Positions 30,399-40,285 of a stretch of 64,000 nucleotides of DNA are shown in pieces. The translations under genes were made by a program, and so were the position numbers. Every line of letters begins with the position of its first letter. Within the stretch, counting starts at the first letter, position 1. Source of the DNA: Nostoc sp. (GTDB lineage: Bacteria; Cyanobacteriota; Cyanobacteriia; Cyanobacteriales; Nostocaceae); NCBI GenBank assembly GCA_036918135.1, contig JBALDB010000032.1, positions 105,546 through 169,545 on the forward strand, written 5' to 3'. Under the pieces are notes generated by a model, which ran no database searches, had not been told where the DNA came from, and saw nothing but the letters and a program-made list of their open reading frames with translations.

Positions 30399-30739
30399 GG
30401 CATTTCCTGATACAACTTAGTAATTAAAAGTATATTAACTCCTAACATTTAATTCTTAACTTCTAACTATAGAAGTATAAGTTTATTAGTTAAGTGCTTA
30501 AGGAGTGGAGAAGATGTGGTTCGACTACGCGGTAGTCGAAACTCACCAACCCGGAGGCAGGGAGAATAACAGCTAACAGTTAAGCTGCCCTTGCATTTAA
30601 GAAAGCACATCTTTTTATGTTCGTCGTTGGCTGTTGACAGTTAACCCTCAGCGGTCAACGAACTTAGGAAGCAGTGGTGCAATTTAAAAGCGTAGTAGCT
30701 TAACAGTTAACTGTTAAATTCTAACTCAGCAGTATTTTG

Positions 30740-31783
30740 TTAAATGCCAGCATGACCCAAGGCTAAACCAACAACGAGCATTCCCAGAACAAGGAACGGT
30801 TGGGCGCTGGCTTGGTATTTAACGTCATTAGCCACAGGGTCACGCAAGAAATAAACATTCTGCAAGATGATTTGTGGGATGATTAACAGTACAAGTATGG
30901 CTGCGTACAAATATTCATTAATGTTGACTAGATAAGCTGCGATCAATCCTTGAAAGACATCAATTGTGAGTACGCAAATCCAGGCGGCAGTAGTGATACC
31001 AAACATGACGGGTAGTGAATTTAACCCTAACTGACGATCGCCTTCTACACTCTTAAAGTCGTTGACAATGGCAATTCCCAATCCAGCTAAGCTGTAGAAC
31101 ATTGTCAAAATCACAATTGTAGAATTGAGGTCGCCAAACAAAGCGTGTCCTGTAGACCAAGGTAGGGTAATATAGCTTGCACCCAAGGCGTAGCTACCTA
31201 GCCAACCGTTTTGCTTGAGTTTTAGGGGAGGCGCAGAATAAATGTAGGCGATAAAAGAACCGATAATCGCGATCGCTGTGATTGTCGGGAATTGATGACC
31301 AGCCCAAACATCTAGCGAAAATGCCAAAACAATACCAGCAATTAGTAATACCCAAATCTGGGTAATTACTTGAGTTAGAGAAATTGCTCCAGAGGGAATG
31401 GGGCGATAAGGTTCATTGATGGCATCGATTTCGCGATCGTAGTAATCATTGAGGATTTGGGTGTAACCTGTCATCAATGGCCCAGCCAAAAACATACAGG
31501 CTGCTACCTTCAACACATTTTCTAACGTCCAGGTATAGTTACCAGAAGAAGCCGCACCACATACTACCCCCCAAATTAAGGGAATCCAGGTGATAGGCTT
31601 CATCAGTTGCAAACGGATTTTCCAAATTGAAGTTTCTCCTGGCGATGCACCTTTCATCCCCAGTAATTGCCTAGTTTTGGCAGTGCGGTCAGATACTATC
31701 ACTTCTTCACTAGGATTATCTGCCACTGAGTCTAATGCTTCAGCTGATGTAGAATCTGGGGTAATGGGAGTTAATTCTGACAT
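30740..31783 (-). CDS. chlG: Chlorophyll synthase
   Basis: RQLLGMKGA, KPITWIPLIWG, NDYYDREIDAINEPYRPIPSG, NDFKSVEGD, KYQASAQPF. Confidence 0.97.
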   Translation of the reverse strand: MSELTPITPDSTSAEALDSVADNPSEEVIVSDRTAKTRQLLGMKGASPGETSIWKIRLQLMKPITWIPLIWGVVCGAASSGNYTWTLENVLKVAACMFLAGPLMTGYTQILNDYYDREIDAINEPYRPIPSGAISLTQVITQIWVLLIAGIVLAFSLDVWAGHQFPTITAIAIIGSFIAYIYSAPPLKLKQNGWLGSYALGASYITLPWSTGHALFGDLNSTIVILTMFYSLAGLGIAIVNDFKSVEGDRQLGLNSLPVMFGITTAAWICVLTIDVFQGLIAAYLVNINEYLYAAILVLLIIPQIILQNVYFLRDPVANDVKYQASAQPFLVLGMLVVGLALGHAGI

Positions 31784-31800
31784 AACTTTTACTTTTTAAT

Positions 31801-31852
31801 AGGGGATTGGGGATTAGGGATTGGGTATTGGGTACTGGGTATTGGGTACTGG
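31801..31852. repeat. Heptamer STRR tract
   Basis: Tandem GGGATTG/GGTATTG/GGTACTG units between the ArsA gene and chlG, with partly complementary copies downstream. Confidence 0.8.
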
Positions 31853-31920
31853 AAAAATTCTTTACCAGTCCTTAGTTCCTAATCCCTACTCCCGATTTCA
31901 TATTCCCCATACCCAATAAC

Positions 31921-33021
31921 TTAAAACGAAATTATCAAATAATTATTCTGAAACTTTGCTCCTGCAACAGGCCTACCACTCAGAGCTGGGGGTAGGGAAA
32001 TATTCCGCCGCTGGTCTCCTGCTTCCACTGTGACTTCTGGACCATACTGGGTAAGTTTGACCTGTTTTTTATCAAATCCTGGTAAGAATAGGCGTACCTG
32101 ACGATTAGGGATATCGATTTCAATTGGTTTGGGAGCCTGTAGCGCTTGGGCTTCAAAATTGGGTAGGGCGTCTATGAGTGTTTGCCAATTATCTGTTGAC
32201 AAGTCAGGAATAACGCTCACAGGTAGCGGTATAAATTCCTCTGATAAGTTAGCGCTTATGTCTGAAGATACAAGCAGAACGCCACCTACAGTTAGACCAA
32301 TTTGCTGAGCGCTACCCCACAAATAACGGGCACTTGCGACCTCGATGGGATCTTGTGTGGTCACTAAGAAAGCAGCAACACGCTTAGGATCGGTAAGGGC
32401 AGCTCTCCCATTGTCTAAGAGATTATTGACTTGGTTGGTAGGTTGAGCAAAGTTATCTGCTGTCCAATTGATATTGAAAAAGGTGCTAATCAGGGGTTGA
32501 ACTAAAGGCGATTCAGCAATTGTCTTGCCTAAGTCAGAGTTGACAAACAATTGGCGAAATCGCCGTACATACCAACTCAGAGACTCTGGCAAACCTAGCG
32601 TCCGTAGGGCTGAAGAGTCACCCGTGCCATCATAGACAATCGCATCATATTTGCCGGTGGCATCATATTCGCGAATAGCATTTAGGGCAAGGGCGCTGTC
32701 CATTCCTGGCAATGCTACCAATTCTTGACCAAAAACATCTTTGAAGATAGGGCTGCGGAGGTATTGAGCCTCAAGTTTCTTTACTTGTTCCCAGTTGCTC
32801 TCTAGTAGTACAGATGCTTGAAACTGTACTGCTTGCAAATTAGGTGCTATTTCCTGGGGTTCAGAACCAATGGGAGTACCTAGCAGAATTGATAGTGCTG
32901 GTTCTGCTAGTCCTGCTAAAAGTACGCGCTTGCCTTGGCTTGCCAATAACTTGGCGGCGGCGATCGCAATTTTGGTACGAGCGATGCCGCCTTTGCCCAA
33001 AAATGTCAATATTAGAGCCAT
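31921..33021 (-). CDS. ArsA/Get3-family ATPase with C-terminal HSP20-like domain (Get3d type)
   Basis: Deviant P-loop FLGKGGIART, LPGMD, C-terminal LFLPGFDKKQVKL...VEAGDQRRNI. Confidence 0.85.
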   Translation of the reverse strand: MALILTFLGKGGIARTKIAIAAAKLLASQGKRVLLAGLAEPALSILLGTPIGSEPQEIAPNLQAVQFQASVLLESNWEQVKKLEAQYLRSPIFKDVFGQELVALPGMDSALALNAIREYDATGKYDAIVYDGTGDSSALRTLGLPESLSWYVRRFRQLFVNSDLGKTIAESPLVQPLISTFFNINWTADNFAQPTNQVNNLLDNGRAALTDPKRVAAFLVTTQDPIEVASARYLWGSAQQIGLTVGGVLLVSSDISANLSEEFIPLPVSVIPDLSTDNWQTLIDALPNFEAQALQAPKPIEIDIPNRQVRLFLPGFDKKQVKLTQYGPEVTVEAGDQRRNISLPPALSGRPVAGAKFQNNYLIISF

Positions 33022-33140
33022 TACTTGATTCCTATTTTCACCGCCAGTCTTTTCAACTCCAACTTAGCACTCAACAAAGATTCTCAGCTTGTGCTTTTAA
33101 CTTCAGATTTCAATAAAAATCTCGATTCGAGTTTTTTCTC

Positions 33141-33332
33141 CTACACAGGTTTGATTTCATCTTCAAAAAACCAAGTAGAAGAATTATCCTCAAACAGCAC
33201 CACTACACCGATTCCCTGACCATCAGTAACTTTGTAGCCTTGGATAGTACCCACTTGTCCTAGTTTTTTCACAATGGGAGGAGAAACGCGATCGCGCAAA
33301 CGATAAACTTTAACCTTTTGTCCGATTTCCAT
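33141..33332 (-). CDS. petP: Cytochrome b6f accessory subunit PetP (DUF2862)
   Basis: MEIGQKVKVYRLRDRV...KVTDGQGIG...TWFFEDEI. Confidence 0.85.
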   Translation of the reverse strand: MEIGQKVKVYRLRDRVSPPIVKKLGQVGTIQGYKVTDGQGIGVVVLFEDNSSTWFFEDEIKPV

Positions 33333-33495
33333 GCCTGATTATAATGCAATAAACCAAGTCTCAGTTTAGCTCAATCCCTGACTCACCTTTCACAAATTCC
33401 GAGAGAAGTGGGGAACACAAGGGCAGAGGGGAAAAACTAATAACAAATGACAAAAAGCTTAAAATTAAATCAACAACCAAACAGGTACATACTCA

Positions 33496-34329
33496 ATGTT
33501 CGTCACAGCGCAACAGCTAGAACAACAGATGCCCGATGCAACTCGGTTGTTAAGTGATGAGCCGGAGATGGAAACTTCATTACACTACATGCAGCTACTT
33601 CTGCTAGTAACTTCCCTTGAGTGGCTGTGGCGTGACTGTGATGATTTCTTTATAGGTGCGAATCTCACAATCTATTTTAGCCGTCAGCAACTGCGAAATC
33701 GGGATTTTCGGGGGCCAGACTTTTTTTTGGTCAAAAATAGCGAAAAGCGACCGCGCAATTCTTGGGTAGTCTGGGAGGAAGATGGTCGTTATCCAGATTT
33801 GATTATTGAATTACTTTCAGAAAGTACGGCTGATATTGACCGGAATTTGAAGAAGAATCTCTATGAAAATCGATTTCATACACCAGAATATTTCTGGTTT
33901 TCGCCGGAGAATTTAGAATTTATCGGTTTTGAATTGGTAGGCAACAAGTATCAAGAAATTATACCAAATGCGCGAGGATGGCGTTGGAGCGATGTGCTGA
34001 GCCTGTATTTAGGCATAGAAGCAGGTAAACTGCGCTACTTTACACCTGATGGTGATTTAGTTCCAACACCAGAGGAAACTGCTATTGCCGCGCAACAGGT
34101 GGCTATTGCAGCACAGCAACAGGCATCACAAGCACAGCAACAAGCATCACAAGCACAGCAACAAGCATCACAAGCACAGCAACAGGCATCACAAGCACAG
34201 CAACAAGCATTAGAAGCGCAACAACAGGCATCTGAGGCTCAATCGCGGTTGGAACAAGAACAACTGCGATCGCAACGGTTGGCGGAACATTTGCGATCGT
34301 TAGGAGTAAATCCCGATAGCTTGAGTTAA
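33496..34329 (+). CDS. Uma2 family PD-(D/E)XK endonuclease-like protein with Q/A heptad tail
   Basis: GPDFF, PDLIIELLSEST, K..LY, EYFWF; tail of ASQAQQQ repeats. Confidence 0.9.
   Translation: MFVTAQQLEQQMPDATRLLSDEPEMETSLHYMQLLLLVTSLEWLWRDCDDFFIGANLTIYFSRQQLRNRDFRGPDFFLVKNSEKRPRNSWVVWEEDGRYPDLIIELLSESTADIDRNLKKNLYENRFHTPEYFWFSPENLEFIGFELVGNKYQEIIPNARGWRWSDVLSLYLGIEAGKLRYFTPDGDLVPTPEETAIAAQQVAIAAQQQASQAQQQASQAQQQASQAQQQASQAQQQALEAQQQASEAQSRLEQEQLRSQRLAEHLRSLGVNPDSLS
34102..34242 (+). repeat. 21-nt intragenic tandem repeat (ASQAQQQ)
   Basis: gcatcacaagcacagcaaca(a/g) x4 from 34123, with diverged flanking units. Confidence 0.9.
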
Positions 34330-34347
34330 GCAATAAAGGTAGCAGTC

Positions 34348-35103
34348 ATGTATCAAACAGATCCTCCCCGTCCACCGCAAGAAACCATGCCCACGATGTA
34401 TGATTTACCCAGTGAATTAATAGGGGAATCAGGTTTGCCAGATGAATTTCACTGTATTCAAGCGAATTTACTGAGTGAAACTTGTCAACCTCAGACTTAT
34501 CCATCTGAGGAAATTTTGCTTGCTAGTGACTTAAATCTTTACTACGACCCCCGCCATACCTTGTGGTACAAGCGTCCTGATTGGTATATGGTTTTAGGAG
34601 TACCTAGTGCTAATCAGCAGCAAGACCTACGCTTAAGTTACGTCATTTGGCAAGAGGGAGTTGTTCCTTTTTTAGTAGTTGAATTACTCTCGCCTGGTAC
34701 AGAACAAGAAGACTTAGGAAAAACACTGCGCGAGGTAAACCAGCCGCCAACCAAGTGGGAAGTATATGAGCGCATTTTGCGGGTTCCCTACTACGTTATC
34801 TATGACCGCTATGAAAATTATTTGTGTGCCTATCAGCTCAAAGGCACTCGCTACGAAGCAATCTCTTTACCAGAAAACCGCTTCTGGTTGCAAGAATTAG
34901 AACTAGGATTGGGTCTGTGGCAAGGTTCTTATCAGCAGACAACAGGCTTGTGGTTGCGTTGGTATAATTCAGCAGGTTGGGTGTCAACATCAAAAGAAAA
35001 AGCCGAACAAGAACGCCAACTAGCTCAACAAGAACGTCAACGAGCCGCTCGATTGGCAGAGTATTTACGTTCTCAAGGAGTCGATCCAGATAGTTTGAGT
35101 TAG
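34348..35103 (+). CDS. Uma2 family endonuclease-like protein
   Basis: RPDW, VVELLSPGT, KWEVYE, WLRWY; C-terminal RLAEYLRSQGVDPD. Confidence 0.9.
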   Translation: MYQTDPPRPPQETMPTMYDLPSELIGESGLPDEFHCIQANLLSETCQPQTYPSEEILLASDLNLYYDPRHTLWYKRPDWYMVLGVPSANQQQDLRLSYVIWQEGVVPFLVVELLSPGTEQEDLGKTLREVNQPPTKWEVYERILRVPYYVIYDRYENYLCAYQLKGTRYEAISLPENRFWLQELELGLGLWQGSYQQTTGLWLRWYNSAGWVSTSKEKAEQERQLAQQERQRAARLAEYLRSQGVDPDSLS

Positions 35104-35422
35104 GTTATGGACTAGTGTGTAAATAATTCAATAATTTTAATAATCATAGATATCCTGAAATGGATGATATTTGACTTTTGAAAAATTTTATGATACAAAA
35201 AGCCTGCTGGTTTGTGGCAAAGAGTTTTTAGGAACCAATTCATAAATTAACTGGTCTTCCAGGAGGAAGATGCGGTTAAGAGTAGAAAAATGGTAATTGG
35301 TAGTGTATTTAACAATGCTTTGTTAAAGCAAAGTTTTTCATAGTAGGCTAGTGCAGCAAAGTACACTCTAATAGTATAAAATTCGCAAATAACTCCCGTG
35401 TGGTGTGTGGTAGTTTTTAAGG

Positions 35423-36229
35423 ATGATAATTTCACTTAAAGATAATTCAACTTGGTTGCAAGCGCGGCGCTACTGGGAATTGCTCCACGTTTTAGTAGCG
35501 CGAAATCTTAAAGTACGTTATCGAGGTTCGTTCTTAGGGGTTTATTGGTCGCTGTTCAACCCGTTGATTATGACGGGGCTGTACACAGCGATTTTTGGTA
35601 CAACTTTTGCCTCCTATTACGGTAACTCAATATTGAACTATGTATTGGCAGCCTTTACAGGACTGGTAGTAATCAATTTTTTCTCAGCTTCTACCTCCCA
35701 GGCATTGAGTAGTGTAGTCGGTAATGGCTTACTATTGAATAAAATTAGTCTGCCAGTCAGCGTTTTTCCTGTCTCAATGATTGGTGCAAACATATTTCAG
35801 TTTTCAGTAGGGACATTTCCATTGCTGGCATTAATGACTTTGATTAATTCCAAGAGTTTAGTCAATGTATTAGCGCTGGTTTTTCCGTTTCTAGCCTTAA
35901 TTTTAGTTTCTGCAGGAATAGGTTTTTTAGTCAGTGCTCTATATGTATTTTTTAGAGACTTGCCTTATTTTTATGAGTTAGTTGTATTTGTAATTTGGCT
36001 CACTAGTCCGATATTTTATCCAGCAGCTATTGTTCCACCGCAGGTAAGGCAGTTTTTAGGTTTCAATCCATTATCACCAATTATTGAAAGTTTACGTCAG
36101 ATTACATTATCAAGTTCCCTGCCGGATTTAGGTTTGATTTGGGGCGCTTTGCTCAGTGGGGTAATTATTTTAGCCTTAGGATGGACTTGTTTCCACTTGT
36201 GGCGACATCGATTTATGGATTTGCTGTAA
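35423..36229 (+). CDS. wzm: Polysaccharide ABC exporter permease
   Basis: LKVRYRGSFLGVYWSLFNPL, FRDL, TSPIFYP, NPL; about six TM segments. Confidence 0.9.
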   Translation: MIISLKDNSTWLQARRYWELLHVLVARNLKVRYRGSFLGVYWSLFNPLIMTGLYTAIFGTTFASYYGNSILNYVLAAFTGLVVINFFSASTSQALSSVVGNGLLLNKISLPVSVFPVSMIGANIFQFSVGTFPLLALMTLINSKSLVNVLALVFPFLALILVSAGIGFLVSALYVFFRDLPYFYELVVFVIWLTSPIFYPAAIVPPQVRQFLGFNPLSPIIESLRQITLSSSLPDLGLIWGALLSGVIILALGWTCFHLWRHRFMDLL

Positions 36230-36961
36230 ATGGAAGTAATTCGCCTAGATAATGTTTCGCTGTTGCGACGAACACAAGAAGAGTTTTCTTACGATCTTAA
36301 GAAAACAATGTTATCTATTTTAGAGGGTAAATATCGTCAGCCAGTTAAAAAGTTAGTACTGGATAAAATTGATTTTGTAGTTGAAAAAGGTCAAAAACTT
36401 GGTATTATTGGTGCGAATGGTTCCGGTAAATCCACTCTTTTAAAGGTAATTTCTGGAATTTTGCAACCTACCAGTGGAACAGTACGAGTACGAGGTAAAA
36501 TTGCGCCTTTGATTGAATTAGGAGCAGGCTTTGATTCGGAAATTTCTGTAATGGATAATATTATCCTGTATGGTGTTCTGCTGGGATATTCTAGATCCGA
36601 AATGAAAAATAGAGCAGCATCAATTCTGGAGTTTGCGGAATTGCAAGATTATGCTTTAGTTCCAGTGAAGGGATTATCTTCAGGTATGGTGGCAAGACTG
36701 GGTTTTTCCATTGCAACAGATGTACAGCCTGATATTCTAATTCTAGATGAGGTTTTATCTGTAGGTGATGAAAGTTTTAAGAATAAATGTAAGCAACGAA
36801 TTGAAAAATTATGGGACGACAATGTGACTATTTTAGTAGTCTCTCATGATTTGAAGTTTGTTCGACAATCTTGTGAGTATGCAGTTTGGTTGGAAAAGGG
36901 CAAAATAAAGTTTGCAGGAGAGGCTAATAAAACAGTCGATTATTACCTTAGTTCTGTTTGA
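36230..36961 (+). CDS. wzt: Polysaccharide ABC exporter ATPase (no C-terminal carbohydrate-binding domain)
   Basis: GANGSGKST, LSSGM, ILDE, VSHD; only 243 aa. Confidence 0.92.
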   Translation: MEVIRLDNVSLLRRTQEEFSYDLKKTMLSILEGKYRQPVKKLVLDKIDFVVEKGQKLGIIGANGSGKSTLLKVISGILQPTSGTVRVRGKIAPLIELGAGFDSEISVMDNIILYGVLLGYSRSEMKNRAASILEFAELQDYALVPVKGLSSGMVARLGFSIATDVQPDILILDEVLSVGDESFKNKCKQRIEKLWDDNVTILVVSHDLKFVRQSCEYAVWLEKGKIKFAGEANKTVDYYLSSV

Positions 36962-36978
36962 TAATCTTTAAGTGTTGA

Positions 36979-39900
36979 TTGAAACCAACTAAAGCAATGA
37001 ATAAAACAGCCTTTATTATATTAGGTTCTCCTCGTAGTGGCACTTCCGCTATTAGCCATATGATTCATAAATTTGGGGTTGATTTTGGAAAACCAGAAAA
37101 TTTTTTAGATACACAACAATACACTCATAACCCAATATTTTTTGAATTAGATTGGGTGAATGAATATAATAATAGGCTAATTTCTAGTATAGGAAGTAAA
37201 TGGGAAAATGGAGGTCTATGGGGACGCAATATAAATCCTGATTCCAAAGATTTCGAGAATGATTTGATTTTAGAAATTAAGCAGGAACTATATTCATTAA
37301 TAAATCAAGAATGGCACGGTCAAGAAAATATTGGAATTAAAGATCCACGTTTTTGCTTTACATTTCCAGTATGGCAGGACGTGTTATTCAAAATGAACTA
37401 TAGTCTCAAAATAATTTTTGTTTTTCGGCATCCATTAGGGTATTTAAATTCAACTAAAAAACTTAATGGTTTTAAAAATAGTAAAAATTTAAATTTTTGG
37501 CTTCAGCACAACTTAGCGGCTAGATATTTTATCAACAACCAAGATTTTTATCTTATTGATTACGATTGTGTAATATGTAATCCTACTATAGAAGCGAAAA
37601 AAATAGCATCTCTCTTGAAATTAGACATTAATTTAGTTAATGTTAGTGCTTCAGTGATTGACAAATGTTACTATCACAATGTAGCAATTGGTGAAACAGG
37701 TAACTTAGTTATTGATGACTGCTACAGAGCTTTAAAAGAAAATAATTTGTCTGCATCAAGATATATTACATACAAAAATATATATTCATTATTTAAAGAA
37801 GATATATCCGATCTAAAGCACTTAGTTAATCAAAAAGAACATCAACTACAACAAACTCAAGGTGAATTAGAGCATTCGCAATCTCAATTACAAGATACTC
37901 AGGTTCAATTAGAGCATTCGCAATCTCAATTACAAGATATTCAGATTCAATTAGAGCATTCGCAATCTCAATTACAAGATATTCAGGCTCAATTGGAGCA
38001 TTCGCAATCTCAATTACAAGATATTCAGATTCAATTAAAGCATTCACAATCTCAACTACAAGATACTCAAGCTCAATTAGAGTGCTCGCAATCTCAACTA
38101 CAAGATACTCAGGCTCAATTAAAGCGATCGCAATTTCAATTACAACAGACTCAGATGAAATTAGAGCGATCGCAATCTCAACTACAAGATACTCAGACTC
38201 AATTAGAGCATTCGCAGGGCACAATTCTAGCTATGAATACTAGTAAATTTTGGCAGATGCGAAAAATATGGTTCAAATTTAGACATATTGTGGGTTTACT
38301 AGACGATAATCCGTTTGACAAAAGTTTAGGTTTAAAATTAAGAAGCGTTATAAGTTTGTTAGGTAATTATAGTTCATTTCACAGAACTTTTTTCTCACGT
38401 GTAAAAAACTCATGGACTGTTTTAAGAACCAAGGGACTCCGTTACTGCTTGAATAAATTACAGGAAAAAACTTCTTCCAAGTTAAAATTCGATGATCCAT
38501 CACTACCTACCATAGCACTCCCAGATATTCCTAAAACTAATGATATTAATTACCAGAAGTGGTTGAACCAAAACTACCCTAATCAAATAGCCTTACAAAA
38601 GATGGGTGAAACAGCAGAATTATTAGCTTATAAGCCGACTATTAGTCTTATTATGCCTGTTTTCAATACTCCTGCGTGTTTTCTGCAAGAAGCCATTGAG
38701 TCTGTATTGAATCAAGTATATCCCTATTGGGAGTTATGTATTGCTGACGATTACTCTACAAATAATTCTGTTAGAGAAATTTTAGAGGATTACTCATCGA
38801 AAGACTCTCGAATAAAAGTTGTTTTTAGAACTGAAAATGGTCATATTTCTCGCTGTTCTAATTCAGCCATAGAAATCGCAACAGGTGAATTTCTTGCCTT
38901 ACTCGATCATGATGATTTGCTGACTCCAGATGCTCTGTATGAAATTGCTCTACTGCTCAATAAGCATCCAGAAGCAGATATGATTTATTCTGATGAAGAT
39001 AAAATTGATGAAAATTGTAAGCTTCGAGATCCTTTCTTTAAACCAGATTGGTGTCCTGACTCCTTTTTATCTCGGATGTACACTTGCCATTTAGGAACCT
39101 ATCGACGAGAGCTAGTAGTAGCGATTGGGGGTTTTAGAATAGGTTATGAGGGAAGTCAAGACTATGATTTGGTTTTAAGATTAACCGAAAAAACTACAAA
39201 AATATTTCATATACCAAAAATATTATATCATTGGAGAATTCATTCCCAATCTGCGGCAAGTAAACCGGATCAAAAACCTTATGCTGTCAAAGCAGCAGAG
39301 AAAGCATTAGTAGACGCCCTTGTTAGACGAGGGGAACATGGACGCGTTACACAGGCTCGAAACCTTGTGGGGCATTACATCATTAGATATACAATCGACG
39401 ATTATAAGCTTGTTAGTATTATCATTCCCACAAGAGATTTAGGTAATGTTTTAGACAAGTGCCTAACATCTATTTTTGAGAAGACTACTTACCCAAATTA
39501 CGAAGTGATTCTCATAGATAACGGTAGTCAAGAAGAAAATACAGCTAATATTATTTCTAAATGGCAACAAAAGGAATCTAGTAAATTTCGGTGTTACCAG
39601 CTTGATATACCTTTTAACTATTCCAAAATTAATAATTATGCAGTTAATCAAGCTAACGGAGATTATTTACTATTTTTGAATAATGATATTGAATTAATCA
39701 CTCCTGACTGGATGAATGCAATGGTTGAACAAGCTCAAAGACCTTCTATTGGTGCTGTTGGAGCCTTGCTATTATATCCAGATAATACAATTCAACATGC
39801 TGGAGTAATTATAGGTATCGGAGGAGTTGCTGGTCATAGTCATAAATATTATCCTGCAGAATCAGCTGGATATTTTGATCAAATCCTCACAGCCAATAAT

Positions 39901-40233
39901 TATTCTGCTGTGACAGCAGCTTGTTTAATGTGTAGACGAGAAACTTTTGAAGCAATAGGAGGTTTTGAAGAAGAACTTGCAGTAGCATTTAATGATGTTG
40001 ATCTATGCTTAAAGCTTGTAAAACTAGGTTATAGAAACATCTATTTACCCCATGTTATGCTCTATCACTATGAATCTAAGAGCCGTGGAAGTGATAATAC
40101 ACCTGCAAAACTAGCAATATTTATTAAAGAAATAGAGTATATGCAAAAAAAATGGAAAAATTTTATAGAATATGACCCTTGCTATAGTATAAATTTGACA
40201 ACCAAACGTGAAGATTACAGTATCAAGGCTTGA
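36979..40233 (+). CDS. Multidomain protein: sulfotransferase-like P-loop domain, coiled coil, two GT2 glycosyltransferase domains
   Basis: GSPRSGTS, KDPR and RHP motifs; 14-aa repeats; GT2 no.1 (ISLIMPVFN, DDYS, LDHDD, YSDED, QDYDL); GT2 no.2 (VSIIIPT, DNGS, LNND, AFNDVD). Start may be ATG at 36997. Confidence 0.85.
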   Translation: MKPTKAMNKTAFIILGSPRSGTSAISHMIHKFGVDFGKPENFLDTQQYTHNPIFFELDWVNEYNNRLISSIGSKWENGGLWGRNINPDSKDFENDLILEIKQELYSLINQEWHGQENIGIKDPRFCFTFPVWQDVLFKMNYSLKIIFVFRHPLGYLNSTKKLNGFKNSKNLNFWLQHNLAARYFINNQDFYLIDYDCVICNPTIEAKKIASLLKLDINLVNVSASVIDKCYYHNVAIGETGNLVIDDCYRALKENNLSASRYITYKNIYSLFKEDISDLKHLVNQKEHQLQQTQGELEHSQSQLQDTQVQLEHSQSQLQDIQIQLEHSQSQLQDIQAQLEHSQSQLQDIQIQLKHSQSQLQDTQAQLECSQSQLQDTQAQLKRSQFQLQQTQMKLERSQSQLQDTQTQLEHSQGTILAMNTSKFWQMRKIWFKFRHIVGLLDDNPFDKSLGLKLRSVISLLGNYSSFHRTFFSRVKNSWTVLRTKGLRYCLNKLQEKTSSKLKFDDPSLPTIALPDIPKTNDINYQKWLNQNYPNQIALQKMGETAELLAYKPTISLIMPVFNTPACFLQEAIESVLNQVYPYWELCIADDYSTNNSVREILEDYSSKDSRIKVVFRTENGHISRCSNSAIEIATGEFLALLDHDDLLTPDALYEIALLLNKHPEADMIYSDEDKIDENCKLRDPFFKPDWCPDSFLSRMYTCHLGTYRRELVVAIGGFRIGYEGSQDYDLVLRLTEKTTKIFHIPKILYHWRIHSQSAASKPDQKPYAVKAAEKALVDALVRRGEHGRVTQARNLVGHYIIRYTIDDYKLVSIIIPTRDLGNVLDKCLTSIFEKTTYPNYEVILIDNGSQEENTANIISKWQQKESSKFRCYQLDIPFNYSKINNYAVNQANGDYLLFLNNDIELITPDWMNAMVEQAQRPSIGAVGALLLYPDNTIQHAGVIIGIGGVAGHSHKYYPAESAGYFDQILTANNYSAVTAACLMCRRETFEAIGGFEEELAVAFNDVDLCLKLVKLGYRNIYLPHVMLYHYESKSRGSDNTPAKLAIFIKEIEYMQKKWKNFIEYDPCYSINLTTKREDYSIKA
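37867..38217 (+). repeat. 42-nt tandem repeat encoding a coiled coil (LEHSQSQLQDTQxQ), 8 units plus a partial unit
   Basis: Units start at 37867, 37909, 37951, 37993, 38035, 38077, 38119, 38161 and 38203. Confidence 0.92.
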
Positions 40234-40285
40234 TATTAATCTCAAATCTGCAAACTTGGAAAAATTAATAAAACTTTTAAAAAAT

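Noticed and set aside
31921..33021. Degenerate Walker A in the ArsA-like ATPase as a novelty
   Set aside because: Consistent with the already described Get3d-type proteins found next to chlG.
37867..38217. Regular repeats here, and at 19611-19760 and 34102-34242, as possible CRISPR arrays
   Set aside because: They are contiguous in-frame coding repeats with no unique spacers, and there are no cas genes.
37826..38224. Antisense repetitive ORF of 132 aa (also 34103-34333, 19581-19820 and other short shadow ORFs)
   Set aside because: Open only because it mirrors a repeat or a real gene on the opposite strand; no independent evidence of coding.
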